A stretch of DNA of 64,000 nt. Source: Cenococcum geophilum (lineage: Eukaryota). The stretch is from NCBI GenBank assembly GCA_050273025.1, contig CP158636.1:5208001-5272000 (forward strand), in the 5' to 3' direction. Positions 53,738 to 64,000 of the stretch are shown in pieces. Numbering within the stretch: the stretch's first letter is position 1; every line of letters begins with the position of its first letter. The notes below the pieces were generated by a model. It was not told the origin of the DNA and made no database searches. It saw only the letters and a list, made by a program, of their open reading frames with translations. The translations under genes were made by a program, and so were the position numbers.

Positions 53738-54005
53738 TGTTTATACTAACTTAATAGCATAAGTAAGTTGTATCTACGGGCACGAAATACGTGTAGTATT
53801 GTATGCTTGTTTAGATAGTGACTGTTAATTGTATAAAGCAGACTACGTGGTCTATATACTGATGCACCTCCCCCCTGATTAGTTAGTGCTTCATAAGTGC
53901 ACCAGACGCGTAAGCGAGTGGTTGGTGCACTGAACGCGTAAACGCGTACCTGGTGTACCGAACGTGTAAGTACGCGTTTGGTATAACAGGTGCTGTAATT
54001 ATACA
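53738..54005 (-). repeat. 5' LTR of element A
   Basis: Direct repeat of 41387-41654. Confidence 0.92.
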
Positions 54006-54602
54006 AGGGTATTATAGTTATTAAAATCCTTAATATATAGCGGCTTAAAGAAAGGCAATAGCTATAGCTATAGAGGGGATTCTTTTACCTTTTAAGTCAA
54101 TAGAATTTAATATCAAATTAGTAGAATAAAGTCTATAACATTAGAAGTACAATTAGTAGGCATAGTTAATAATTGTATTTAATTAAATCTATGTAGGTTA
54201 TACGTGTACATTCGTTTCTGGTGTTTTGGTGTTCTACGCACGGTCCACCTCTCGAAGGACCAGCGGAAGGAATAGTGCCCTGCGAGGCGCTGCGGGAACC
54301 ACATTGGGTGCGCTTGCCCGTGGGCATGCCTGCATGCCAACCTATTTAAGGGGTGTCTGCAGAGCATTTAGGGGTGTATGACCAGTAGCGCCCTAGGCTA
54401 CACTAGCTGGGATGTTTCTGGTAAATATTATCTAAATTACTTAGCTCGATGGTAGACACCCCACGAATCCTTACATTATACTAATGCAACGGAGAAGCCG
54501 ACTTCCGGGACGACCTGTTGAGGATGGCCCGAAGAATGATAGTAGTACAAGCAAGAAAAATCGCCAAATCAACGCTCACAGACAAAACGACAACAAACCT
54601 AG

Positions 54603-56325
54603 TCACCCGAGCTCCATCCTCATGTCGTCACCAAGCGCCCACTCATTTTCCCTTTCTTGCCTTAACGGCGTATGCATATCATCCTCATCACTTCTCACAT
54701 CCAGATCGACGCTCCCAGAGCTTGCAATAGTACTGCTTCTGTCACTCCCGGCCCGGCCATTCTTTTGGAACCAGCGCCGCTTTCGGGATTTCGTACTAGT
54801 CGTATCCGTGTCATCCTTCGTAGTGGGGTTATATTCCGGGGCTAGGTCATCGGGTTGTGTTGATTCAACTTCAGATAATGCTACTTCCCCAATAGGGTTT
54901 ACTTTAGGCGTCGGAGATGGGGTGACTTCCGTAGATAGGGTAACCTCTACTAATTCGGCATCCCGGTACCATTTCCTACGGCGGGTGTAACGACCCCAGC
55001 CATCTTGCCCTCGGCGACCATCTCGCCACTAGACAAAAGGTTAGAGGATTCAAGAGCAGTATTCAAGGTTAAGAGGTGAGATAATGTACCTTATTATCAT
55101 AGTATATCCACCCGGCAGCATCACTGCCGGTTCCAGCCTTCCCACCCTCATCATTACCGGAGTCGTCATCAACCCCGTCAATCCGCCACTCACTGCCACT
55201 TATCCATCGCCATCTTGCATGGCCCCCTTCAACTTCGGGAAGCTCGAAGCGGTCTTTCGAGGGCGCAGGATTCAGATGTTCATCTGTCCAAGACGCCCTC
55301 TCGTAAGCGAGCATGGATGAAGTCCAGCCGATACCGAGCCATCTGCGCTGATTTTCGAAAAGGGTAAAAGTAAATCGAATACCAGGGGAGTCCGGCCGTC
55401 GCTTTGCGGCAAGAGAAGCAGCTATTTCCTGCGCATTCTTCTTACGAGGTGGCAGAGCGGGTGCCCCATTTTTCTTCGTGGGCTCCGGCTCCCCAAAATC
55501 AAGACCTGTGATGGTCGCGCTGATTCGACGGACAGTCATTGAGCGCCATAGAATGGTTCGTGAGACCCTAGCCGGCCGTGAATGCCAGCTGAGGACTAAA
55601 GTTCCAACTGTAAGGATGACCCTCCTTGTAGTGATAATGTATAGCGGCGGGAGAGTAAGAATAACCCATACCGGAGTGATCAGTAATATCCTTATGAACA
55701 GCGTTGTAAGAGCTGGTCTTGTACTTGCTGATGTCGCAGTTCTTTGCGTCGAGAGGAAATCCGTCAATCGCAGAAGTGGATCCAACAAGATGTTGCATCT
55801 CGAGGTGAACAATTTCAAAGTATCTACAATCTCATCCAAGCTTTTGTGATGCCTCGTGCTTCCTTCCGATACGGCTCTTTTGTGTCCTTTCTGACCTTTC
55901 TCTCCAGTCCAGCCAGTCGAGGAAAGCGGTGAGTATCTCCGGGAGTACATCCCTAGAATAAGGCCCAGCACCACCACTATCGGCCCAGCCCATCGCATCA
56001 CAGCATCTCCGTAGAATGTGACCGCCCAGAAGCCAGCAAGAAGCAAGAAGCTTTCCCAAGGATCACCAGTCGTCCAAGTGAGTAATCCAACCGTTTTGTT
56101 CAATGGTAGGAGAAAAGGGTGGGAGTACGCAAGTACTCGGGTGATCTGTGGAGGCGTCGCGACGAGTAAAGGCGACTTCTGGTGCACGAGTATAGTAGAG
56201 CGGAGCTGTGAGTGGGGAGCGGAGTGTCCTAGGGTAGCCGGCGAGAAGGCAGCGAAGGTCGGAGGGTTGGGATCTCCATTCGACTTTGGAGATCCATCGT
56301 GAGCAGAGCGCGCAGGGGTGGACAT
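54603..56325 (-). CDS. Pex23/Pex30-family integral peroxisomal/ER membrane protein (reticulon-like + dysferlin domain)
   Basis: LLTWTTGDPWESFLLL, FTFTLFENQRRWLGIGW, GWIYYDNK, an intron (~55089-55030), then WRDGRRGQDGWGRYTRRRKWYRDAELV. TGA at 54603-54605. Confidence 0.9.
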
Positions 56326-57024
56326 ATGACTGATCCAAGGAGTATCTAGAGAATGTTAGGGAATGCGCTCTCCATGGTTGTGGACATGATTGCTTGCCAA
56401 GTGCTGCCATGCATAAGATCCGTTTACTGCGTCATCGCCAGGCGGAAGAGCATCTGGCTTTCTAGCTGAAATCTGCGGAGAGTGCGCGCAACTGCACTGA
56501 AGCTACGACTCCCAGTTGAGACCCTCCGCTGGCCGTTCCGCGAGATAGAAGGGTAAATGTCAAGGTATAAATCGGAAACGGTTTTGGAAGATTCGGTCTT
56601 GAGTGAGACGTCTGGAGGGTTGTCCGCCCATGTGAAAGTGCCCGGGCTTCTCAAAGATTAAGAAATTTCAATCATGGCGAGGCCTTTTTCCAGATGCATT
56701 ATTGTCAGGTGGGTTTGACCGTGTATAACCAAAGCTGCACCTCTGACTTGACCTTAAACGATGAGAGGCCAGCGCATGCGCCGTCACACTGCTATCCATT
56801 ATTGGCCTTTGTCGGCGGTGTGCAAGGCTGCCTGTGAGAGGCTGGCGGGAATCATCTAGTCTCACGTGATAGCTCCCGCTCCCCCAAACCGCCTCCATGA
56901 AATTTTGAGGTCCCTTCATCGCCATCTACGAAAACTCACCTATTGCTCCTCTCGTGAACTTCACTTCTCCCCCTAGTGACGGCTTCATATCCGCTGTCAC
57001 CTCTTTCTAATTTTCCTCGGCGCA

Positions 57025-57503
57025 ATGGTAGGTATTTCATTTTGCAAGAGAGGGCAACTCTATTCAAGACCTCGTCTAACTTCTCCCAGGCCCATCGCAT
57101 AATAACACAAGTCGTCCTTACCGGTACCCGCATCCTCGGCCGCGCCTTTGCTGAGTCCTATCGGCAAGCTGCCGCGTCCCAGAAATATGCCGCCGCCGCT
57201 GCAAAGAACCCTGGCGCCAGCAAGACATTCGCCTCTTCCGGCTTGACACTAGATGAAGCGTGCAAGATACTGAATGTGTCGCCACCAAAAGGAGGTCAAG
57301 CAGATATGGAAGCCGTAACAGAGAGGTTTAAGAGATTGTTCGATCTAAACGATCCTAAGAAGGGCGGGAGCTTCTATCTGCAGAGCAAGATTTTAAGAGC
57401 AAGGGAGCGGATAGAGATGGAGGTGCAAACTGCGGAAGAGGCAGTATCAAGAGAACAGGAATTGAACGAAGGCTGGAAACCCAAAGTGTATAAAGACAGG
57501 TAG
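57025..57503 (+). CDS. PAM16: Mitochondrial import motor subunit Pam16/Tim16
   Basis: ATG, intron 57028-57089, then AHRIITQVVLTGTRILGRAFAESYRQA...LTLDEACKILNV...KGGSFYLQSKILRARERI. Confidence 0.95.
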
Positions 57504-58750
57504 CCGGGACAATAATTATGACGCATCGGATCCTCTCCAGCAACCCGCTGCTCCCGACCGTCATCCGTGCCGTACGGATCAACCCTGAGCCTATCAATGT
57601 CCTTGGTGTTCCCTTCTAGCATTTTCGATTTTTAAACAGCATTAGCAGGGCGTTGGGGTACTTATGAGCATTTTTGGCCTCCGTTCATCTTCAATTGGAA
57701 AACAGCACCACGTTCGTATTGGAATTGCTTGCGGCAGGATGGTCAGGCCAGGTCAACTTGGCGACTCTCCACTCTTTATTGTAAATATTGTATTTCATGT
57801 CTCTTTGGCCTGTGGCAAATTCCTGTATGATTATAGAAGGTGTGTCAGAGTAACTCTCTACAGGCCCACGTGTTTCAGAGGATCATCCTTAATTGGTTTG
57901 CTTACTCAGGGCAGTGGTTCCTTCAGCTCTACATGTATATCCATAGCAAGACTATCAAAGTCTTTCAGTCTGCAACTGGTTTTTTCCAGCATTCTACCCA
58001 GTATTTGGCCTTCAACACGCCATTAATGCTTTGCTTATGCTATTTCAAAGCTGTATCTATTTTGGATAAGTTCTCAAAGAACTTCGCAACAAATTCGCAA
58101 AGGCGTCTGTACAGCTTTCTCAAGTAAGTGAAGGTTTCCTTAAGACTACTATAACTTTTTACAGGCTTTACCGGGCTGCTGGACGCCACTTGTACGGGCA
58201 TAATGCAAATGGTGGGAAAGATCTCTTTAAAGTACGCATAATTAACACGAAAACATACACAACCGGATATGTTTACGGATTTTGGCCATTGACCTCACGT
58301 AAGCTAAAGAACGGCTATTAGGCGAAGCAAGATTTTATGAACTTAGGTTACTACTAACTAATCAGAATGATGAGTCAACTGCAAGTGATATGTATATAAG
58401 CAGCCCTGTCAGAATGAGGCTGCTCTTGTTGTCATTCTGCGTTAGATACTTCCCTATTAAAGGCCCGGGATATGACCACTCAATACTTTTGGTCCCACAT
58501 AGTGGACGTGGGCGCTTTTGGGAAGAACTGTCAGCAGCAAGCGACAAGCTTACAGCGTCAGTACTTTCTAGTGCTTATTTTCTCTGTATCTGATGCGTTA
58601 AGTCTAGAGGTCCAGTCCATCCGAACTATATTTTATACTGGCCATTTCCTCAGTTAATTATCTACCACGTGCAATCCTATTTTCACTCTCACATCGCGGC
58701 ACCACCCAACCATTACAAAGACTCAAAACATTCCAACCACGAGAAGCATT

Positions 58751-59115
58751 ATGCGCGCCGCTTCCGTTATCACAGCAACGTTCTTCCTCCCATTCTTGGG
58801 TGTATGTGCCGCCCCGAATCCAATCCTTCCCCGCCAATCCACACAGGCCAATGGAACGTGCGACGTTGCAACAAATATCTGTACCATTGACGAGCCGGCA
58901 GATTTAGCCGGGTTGCAGCTTAATTGTGGTACAGGAGGGATAGATGTACCTAGAGGCCCACCGTGTGCAGTTGAGGGCCATGTATGTTGCCATTTATTTT
59001 TGATATTGTGTGATTAAGGGCGATTTGTGAGTTTAAAAAACGCTAACTTCTCCCTTGTTCTTCTCAATAGGCTTGTCATTGGAATGGCCTCTTCAGCGTT
59101 GTCGTCTGTACTTAG
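58751..59115 (+). CDS. Small secreted cysteine-rich protein (91 aa)
   Basis: Hydrophobic signal-like N-terminus (MRAASVITATFFLPFLGVCA) and AP...PR pro-segment. Intron 58982-59070 (GTATGT...GCTAAC...TAG), exon 2 ACHWNGLFSVVVCT*. Six Cys in the mature part. Confidence 0.8.
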
Positions 59116-59269
59116 ACAGCTTGTTCAGATAGATACCTAGCTGTTAGAACCGTCTTTATTTTTAACAGGAAGCTAGAAGAATCTGAAAACGATACTTATG
59201 TGATGAGAAAGCCCTACATGATATCATATTTGATTTCCTCTATAACTGATTTTAACAATATATCCAGAC

Positions 59270-60130
59270 CAGTGATCTTGTTGGATTGGGTTGGAGTGGA
59301 GTGGATTTAACCCCCAAATCCACTCCATACGCCAAAAAGCTGGTGGAGCTCTATGACTCTAATTCAGCTCTAGATTAAATATATATTATAAATAGTAAGT
59401 CTTAGTAACGGGTAAGTGTTTAGGTAAGAGAGGAAGATTTAAGACCGCTTAGTCTAATATAGAATCTCCCTTATCTTCTACCCTAATCGCCTTAATATCT
59501 TTAATATCCTTAAAGGTAGTGTACGCGTCGTCGTCGCTATTATTCTTATTATCAAAACCTAGTTTCATTAGCTACAGATTCTTACTCTAAAGCTATATTA
59601 ATACGTAGGTCTCTTTATATACTTTAGTTTCTTTATTAAGGCGTTATAATAAATATTATTTTAACCCTATAGCTTAAGCTTAAGCGCCCTCTTTATATTA
59701 TCCGCCTTTAGATTAATTAATTTTAGGATAAGAATAACTTTATTGGAGTATAGAGCTAGTTATAATAGATGTTGTTCTATTCTAGAGTGAGCTAAATATA
59801 ATACTATAATAGTAAGTGTAGACATGGATAAGCAATAGTAGAAGCGACGGCAGCAGTAGGAGAGTAAGTAGGTATTCTACACTACTTACTAGATAACGAG
59901 TTATCGATAGATCCGTTAGAGCTACCGATTAGATTTATGTCATGTACTAACTCCTTAGCGCTCTATTCCTCCTTAGCCTTACTTTAAATTAGGTATAGAT
60001 CTAGAGCTCTAAGAGCTAAATTAGCCTTAGATCCGCTCTAATCCACTAATTATAAGCTCCAATCCATATCCGCATCAAGTCTTAATCCAACCAGGCGCTC
60101 TAAATAGACCTCGCTCCAACAAGATTACTG
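59270..60130. mobile_element. Non-autonomous hAT-superfamily element (861 bp), RIP-mutated
   Basis: TIRs CAGTGATCTTGTTGGA / TCCAACAAGATTACTG and a perfect 8-bp TSD ATCCAGAC (59262-59269 and 60131-60138). TpA-rich interior. Confidence 0.9.
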
Positions 60131-61021
60131 ATCCAGACTAGGTTATAACTATCAGCAATTAAACAACTTCAATTCAAATCACGCACAGGATTGCTAACCA
60201 CTTGTAACTATTATTCTATCATTAAAAACAAGTATTGGCTCAAATTATTATATTAAAAAATATGGTCGCGTGGGTAGCTTGAGGCGCACTTAAGTTATAT
60301 GAGATAACAGGAGTTTTCTACTAGAAGTACGTCTAAGTCAACGATTTGCGCACTCTCTAACCTAACCATACTATAATTCTGTATATAGGCTTGCTCCTTG
60401 CAAAGCCCCATGTAGAGCTTGTATTTAGGTCTGTTCTTGGAGGCTTAGTAGATAACTTGTGTAGAGCTCCCAAATTAAATCTTAAAGGAGGGGATAGGTA
60501 AGGCAAATGCGAAGCGATATTTAGGCATAGGCGCGCGATAGTTACCGTCTAGATACACAGAAGGAAAGAGTGCGGGCGTACGGCCTAGATGAGGTGATGG
60601 ATCACCACGACTTTGTGAAAGCTCTGCACGGAGGTCTTAAATAGATCTCTATTGCAGGGAACTAAACCGGTATAGAAACTTACATTATAGTTAAAAATTA
60701 TACAAATTATTAACTTAGACATAGCAAGATTTTTTTTTTCTATATATACCTAAGTCGTGGGTTATACAAACTGTCAGGCGCCAAATATGGCCAAGTTCAG
60801 GGGTACTACAGGGGGGTCCCTCCCCCTACATAAGTCGCTAGATTCTCTTCAATCTGATCTTCACACGAGTTCTGACACAAACCCACAATCTTAGAACTAG
60901 GCCTGTACGCGGACTCAACTTTGAGGGGAGATCGGTCTATTTCATAATCCATTATCGTAAACATGCAAATACCTACAAGTCAGCCATTTCTGAAATGCTA
61001 CCACTCCTTAAATCCTTTGTG

Positions 61022-62354
61022 TTAGTCCAACCACACCCTCGTATCCTTCATCTGCTCAACCGCCTCACCAAAATCCTGCAAAAAAGCCCACCTTCCCCTT
61101 TGCTTAAGTCCAGTCTCACCCCACCTGTTCAAACTCTTCGGGAAATTTTCCATCAAGCCCAGCAAACTTTCATCGTGCGCAATAACCACAAAGATGTCCT
61201 CATGCGCATCGAACTGCTCCATACCTCTTATACTCTTTCGTGCTTCGTCAATATCATGCGGTACACCAGGGGTAATGTCAAAGAAAGGTTCCACAGGGGA
61301 AAATGTGGGGTGTATGGCAGTGAAGAGCGAACCCGGGCACATGCTGTGTGGCTGGTGCGGCGTTAGTGGAGAGGGTGAGAAAGATGATGGAAGGGGCAAA
61401 TAGGGTGTAGGGCGGAATTCGCCGCCATGGTGGCAGCAGTCTCCACCAAGAAAGACGAAGGTATCATTCGCTCCAACTGATGAGGAGGTACTGGTCCGAC
61501 ATAGTGCGCTCATATGGCCCACGGCGTGGCCAGGCGTGTCAAGGAGGTAGAAGGAGCCGTCCCCAAAGAAGTCATAGGCTGCGAAATTGCCGATGCGGAG
61601 TTCTGAGGGGAATGATATTTCCCGAAGTTCACGCCCAGCCCAGTCGGACTCGAGAATTGGGGCTTCAGGATTAGTCGGGTAGCCAGGAGTCATTTGGGAA
61701 GTGAAACCAGGGCCGACAATAAGGGCAGTTGTAGATGGGAAGGTTGATACGTCACCAGTACTTTGGGAGACGTCAATCCAGATTCTTCTTTATGGAGGGT
61801 TGGGGCTATAGCAGCACTGTCGTATGACAGCAAATAGTCAGATAAAGAAGAAGAAAGTGAAATGAACTTACTGGTCAAAGTGACAATGACTCCAAATTAT
61901 GGCCTCAATGTCCGCTGCCCTCAACCCATTCTCTTCCAGAATCTCTGCGACATTTTTCTCAACCTTGATACTCCACCCTGCCTCCTTTGCTGTTTCTACA
62001 ATTTTTGGTGCCATATTCTCCCAATCCTTGCGTACACCAAGATCGAACAAGACCTTTCGGCCAGAAGGATGCTCTATTAGGGTGGAATAGGCAGGCCCAC
62101 CAATCCTTTCTTTTCCTTTAAGTGCAGGAGTAAGGAAATGCGAGAAGGGAACGGAGATGCGGGCAGTTCTATAGGAGGAGCAAAATTGCACACATGTTAA
62201 TACTGGACTGCGTTTGATTTTTTTTTTTGGATAGTAGCATAAGCAAAGGAGCGACGTACGAATCAATTACGGAAACCTTAACCGTGTTGAGCGATTTTGG
62301 TATATTGAGATCTGGGGCCGGTTTGGGTGTAGCTAGAAATTTTGAGGACGACAT
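61022..62354 (-). CDS. Metallo-beta-lactamase-fold hydrolase (AHL-lactonase/AttM-like fungal family)
   Basis: VLFDLGVRKDW, IIWSHCHFD(H)TGD with the HxHxDH motif split by an intron, DFFGDGSFYLLDTPGHAVGH, LGGDCCHH, VVIAHD. Two introns. Confidence 0.88.
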
Positions 62355-62979
62355 GATTAGTAGCGAAATTTAGAAACTCCTTAGAAGATAGGATCGGTGA
62401 TAGAATGAGTGAGTTGAGGTATGATGTCAAACTATTTAGTCTCGCTGACAAATGTCAATAGATTTAATTAAAGGTTGTTCGGAGTAAGCGTGGAGTTCCG
62501 CATCGCGTGCTACAAACCTGTTTTCGAAAATATCGAACGTCGCGCATCTCATTTTCCTAGACTTTTAAAATATTTCTACAGCTGCTTCAAACCGTAAATC
62601 GGTAGCCTCTGAATACCATACATGATTTACAAGTTAGAGTAAAAGACTTACAACCAACAAGCTTAAACTTCCTTTGGATACACTCGGCGCCATAGCCGCC
62701 CCTTAAAAACTGAAATACAGCGCCGTGCAATAGTGTAAAACCGCAAATATTGGAGGGGCATTTTGCTTAGATTTGAGCTCCTGGGGCGGGCGCAGGTTAA
62801 AACAGCGAGCAATCCACAGTCACTGCAGTTAACTAAACTTAAAACTCGAATCAAATTTCTTCATACTTTCCCACAATTTCCTACTATCACCAACGTCGTT
62901 CTCGGAAAATCCGGCACACTCATTCATAACAAAATGCACCCTAATACTGACTTTCGCCGGCTTGGAAATATGCTAACCA

Positions 62980-64000
62980 AAGTACGGCTACTTGTCTTAG
63001 ATGAATTTGTAGGATACTTGGACGAACTCACACCACTTGCGCTGGTTCGGAACGTTATCAAGAATTATGCGCAATTGGAGGCACGCGAGAAAGTACGGGT
63101 TGTAAAGGCCGAAGAGGTGGGAGAGCTATATGGCGGGATGTTCGCAAATGCTAAGTACAATGACATGACAGGGGTGTTATTGAATGAAAGTAGCGGTTGG
63201 GCTGAGGCTGGCGAAGTTCTGGAAAGTGTTATAGGAACTGCGATTGCCAGCGGGGTGAAGTTTGTAGAGGCAGATATAACGACTCTGCTGTTTGACGGTA
63301 GAAGTGACTGTATTAGTGTAAAGACAGCAGATGAGAGGATACTATCCCTTAACCCGTCAAAATTGGTCCTTAAGGTATCGATAAGAACCCACCAATCAAA
63401 CCGGTCGAATCAAGCAGCCGTTCTCAGAAATACGAAGCCTGAACAATGTTCCGCACGGACCACTTACGCTAAGGGCCTTGACGGGTTAAGGGATATGCGG
63501 AACAAATCATCCTTGCCACAAGGGCAAGAACTTCGACGCTGATAGCTGATAGCGCACCCGGTTGGAAAGACCTTCAAGTTGGTGACCGTTTGACAGCTGC
63601 CGCCCTCTTCACTAGGATAGCCAAGCTTAGCAACGCATTACAAGGAAGGACCGGTCTTCTTGCAAGCTGGCGGCCAGAACCAAGGTACATTCCTGCTGTA
63701 GGTAACAAGTAACAGAGCTGATGGCAACGTGACAGGCTGCAGTTTCCTCCAAATGTAGAGGATGAGCTTAAGTTTGCCCGTGACGTCAGTTTCGTAAATA
63801 CTGTGAAACACCCATTTAGAGAAATTATCTCGATGCCACCACCGGAGCCCGAATATGGCTAGTGGATGGTGTCAGACATGATCAAACCCGAGTTAGACCT
63901 CGTGAGAGAAGGAATCTATGGTAAACAAGCGGAAGATCTCACTCTGGAGAATTACCGCATTTGTTGGTAAGAATTCTCATCTTAAACGCAGCAAATGTTA
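62980..64000 (+). pseudogene. FAD-dependent amine oxidase (sarcosine/fructosyl-amine oxidase-like) pseudogene
   Basis: LNESSGWAEA...GVKFVEADITTLLFD, AEQIILAT..T..LIADSAP...QVGDRLTAAA, LKFARDVSF, YRICW. Has in-frame stops and a MITE insertion, and no N-terminal GxGxxG was seen. Start is approximate. Confidence 0.75.
63346..63492. mobile_element. MITE (~147 bp) with 15-16 bp TIRs
   Basis: CCCTTAACCCGTCAA ... TTGACGGGTTAAGGG inserted within the oxidase coding sequence. Confidence 0.85.

Larger units (their letters stand above)
41387..54005 (-). mobile_element. Copia-superfamily (GalEa-like) LTR retrotransposon A, RIP-inactivated, interrupted by element B
   Basis: 268-bp LTRs and TSD AGGGT (41382-41386 and 54006-54010). 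Minus-strand gag, protease (FYGVIIDTSA), integrase (DGLVPTLLVYGAY), RT and RNase H relics. CTAATTAG (de-RIP CTGATCAG) palindrome next to the 5' LTR instead of a tRNA PBS. Confidence 0.9.

Noticed and set aside
29064..54006. Short ORF-track entries within the AT-rich island as host genes
   Set aside because: They are chance frames or fragments of RIP-mutated TE genes (e.g. 32960-33175 is Gypsy integrase).
60140..60830. AT-rich stretch after the hAT element
   Set aside because: No boundaries or coding motifs identified.
62763..63542. 259-aa ORF as an intact gene
   Set aside because: Chimeric: a non-ATG start, part of the oxidase pseudogene, then read-through of the MITE.

Overview
Filamentous ascomycete (Pezizomycotina, probably Dothideomycete-like; taxon inferred) genomic DNA with spliceosomal introns. 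Bases 1-26.3k and 54.2-64k are gene-rich. They hold a cyclase-family gene (cut by the left edge), GatA/HER2, anoctamin/IST2, TRF4-type poly(A) polymerase, DAHP synthase, GOT1, IES6, DAD4, ARP5, a tandem-GFA protein, a Pex23/Pex30-family peroxin, PAM16, a small secreted Cys-rich protein, a metallo-beta-lactamase, and several decayed genes (GNAT, RTA1, F-box-like, FAD amine oxidase). GOT1, DAD4 and two 22-26 aa metallothioneins are absent from the ORF track and were rebuilt from splice signals. Bases 26.4-54.0k form an AT-rich, RIP-mutated island of four LTR retrotransposons in two nests, each resolved by LTR pairs and 5-bp TSDs: a Copia interrupted by a chromodomain Gypsy, and a GalEa-like Copia interrupted by a second GalEa-like Copia. 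There are also three non-autonomous DNA elements (a foldback element, a hAT derivative and a ~147-bp MITE). Most notable: a RIP-masked, spliced, antisense Zn2Cys6 + coiled-coil gene inside the Gypsy; a convergent pair of tiny metallothioneins; a covarying 3' hairpin shared by the two GalEa-like elements; and physical clustering of IES6 and ARP5, the two halves of one INO80 module.
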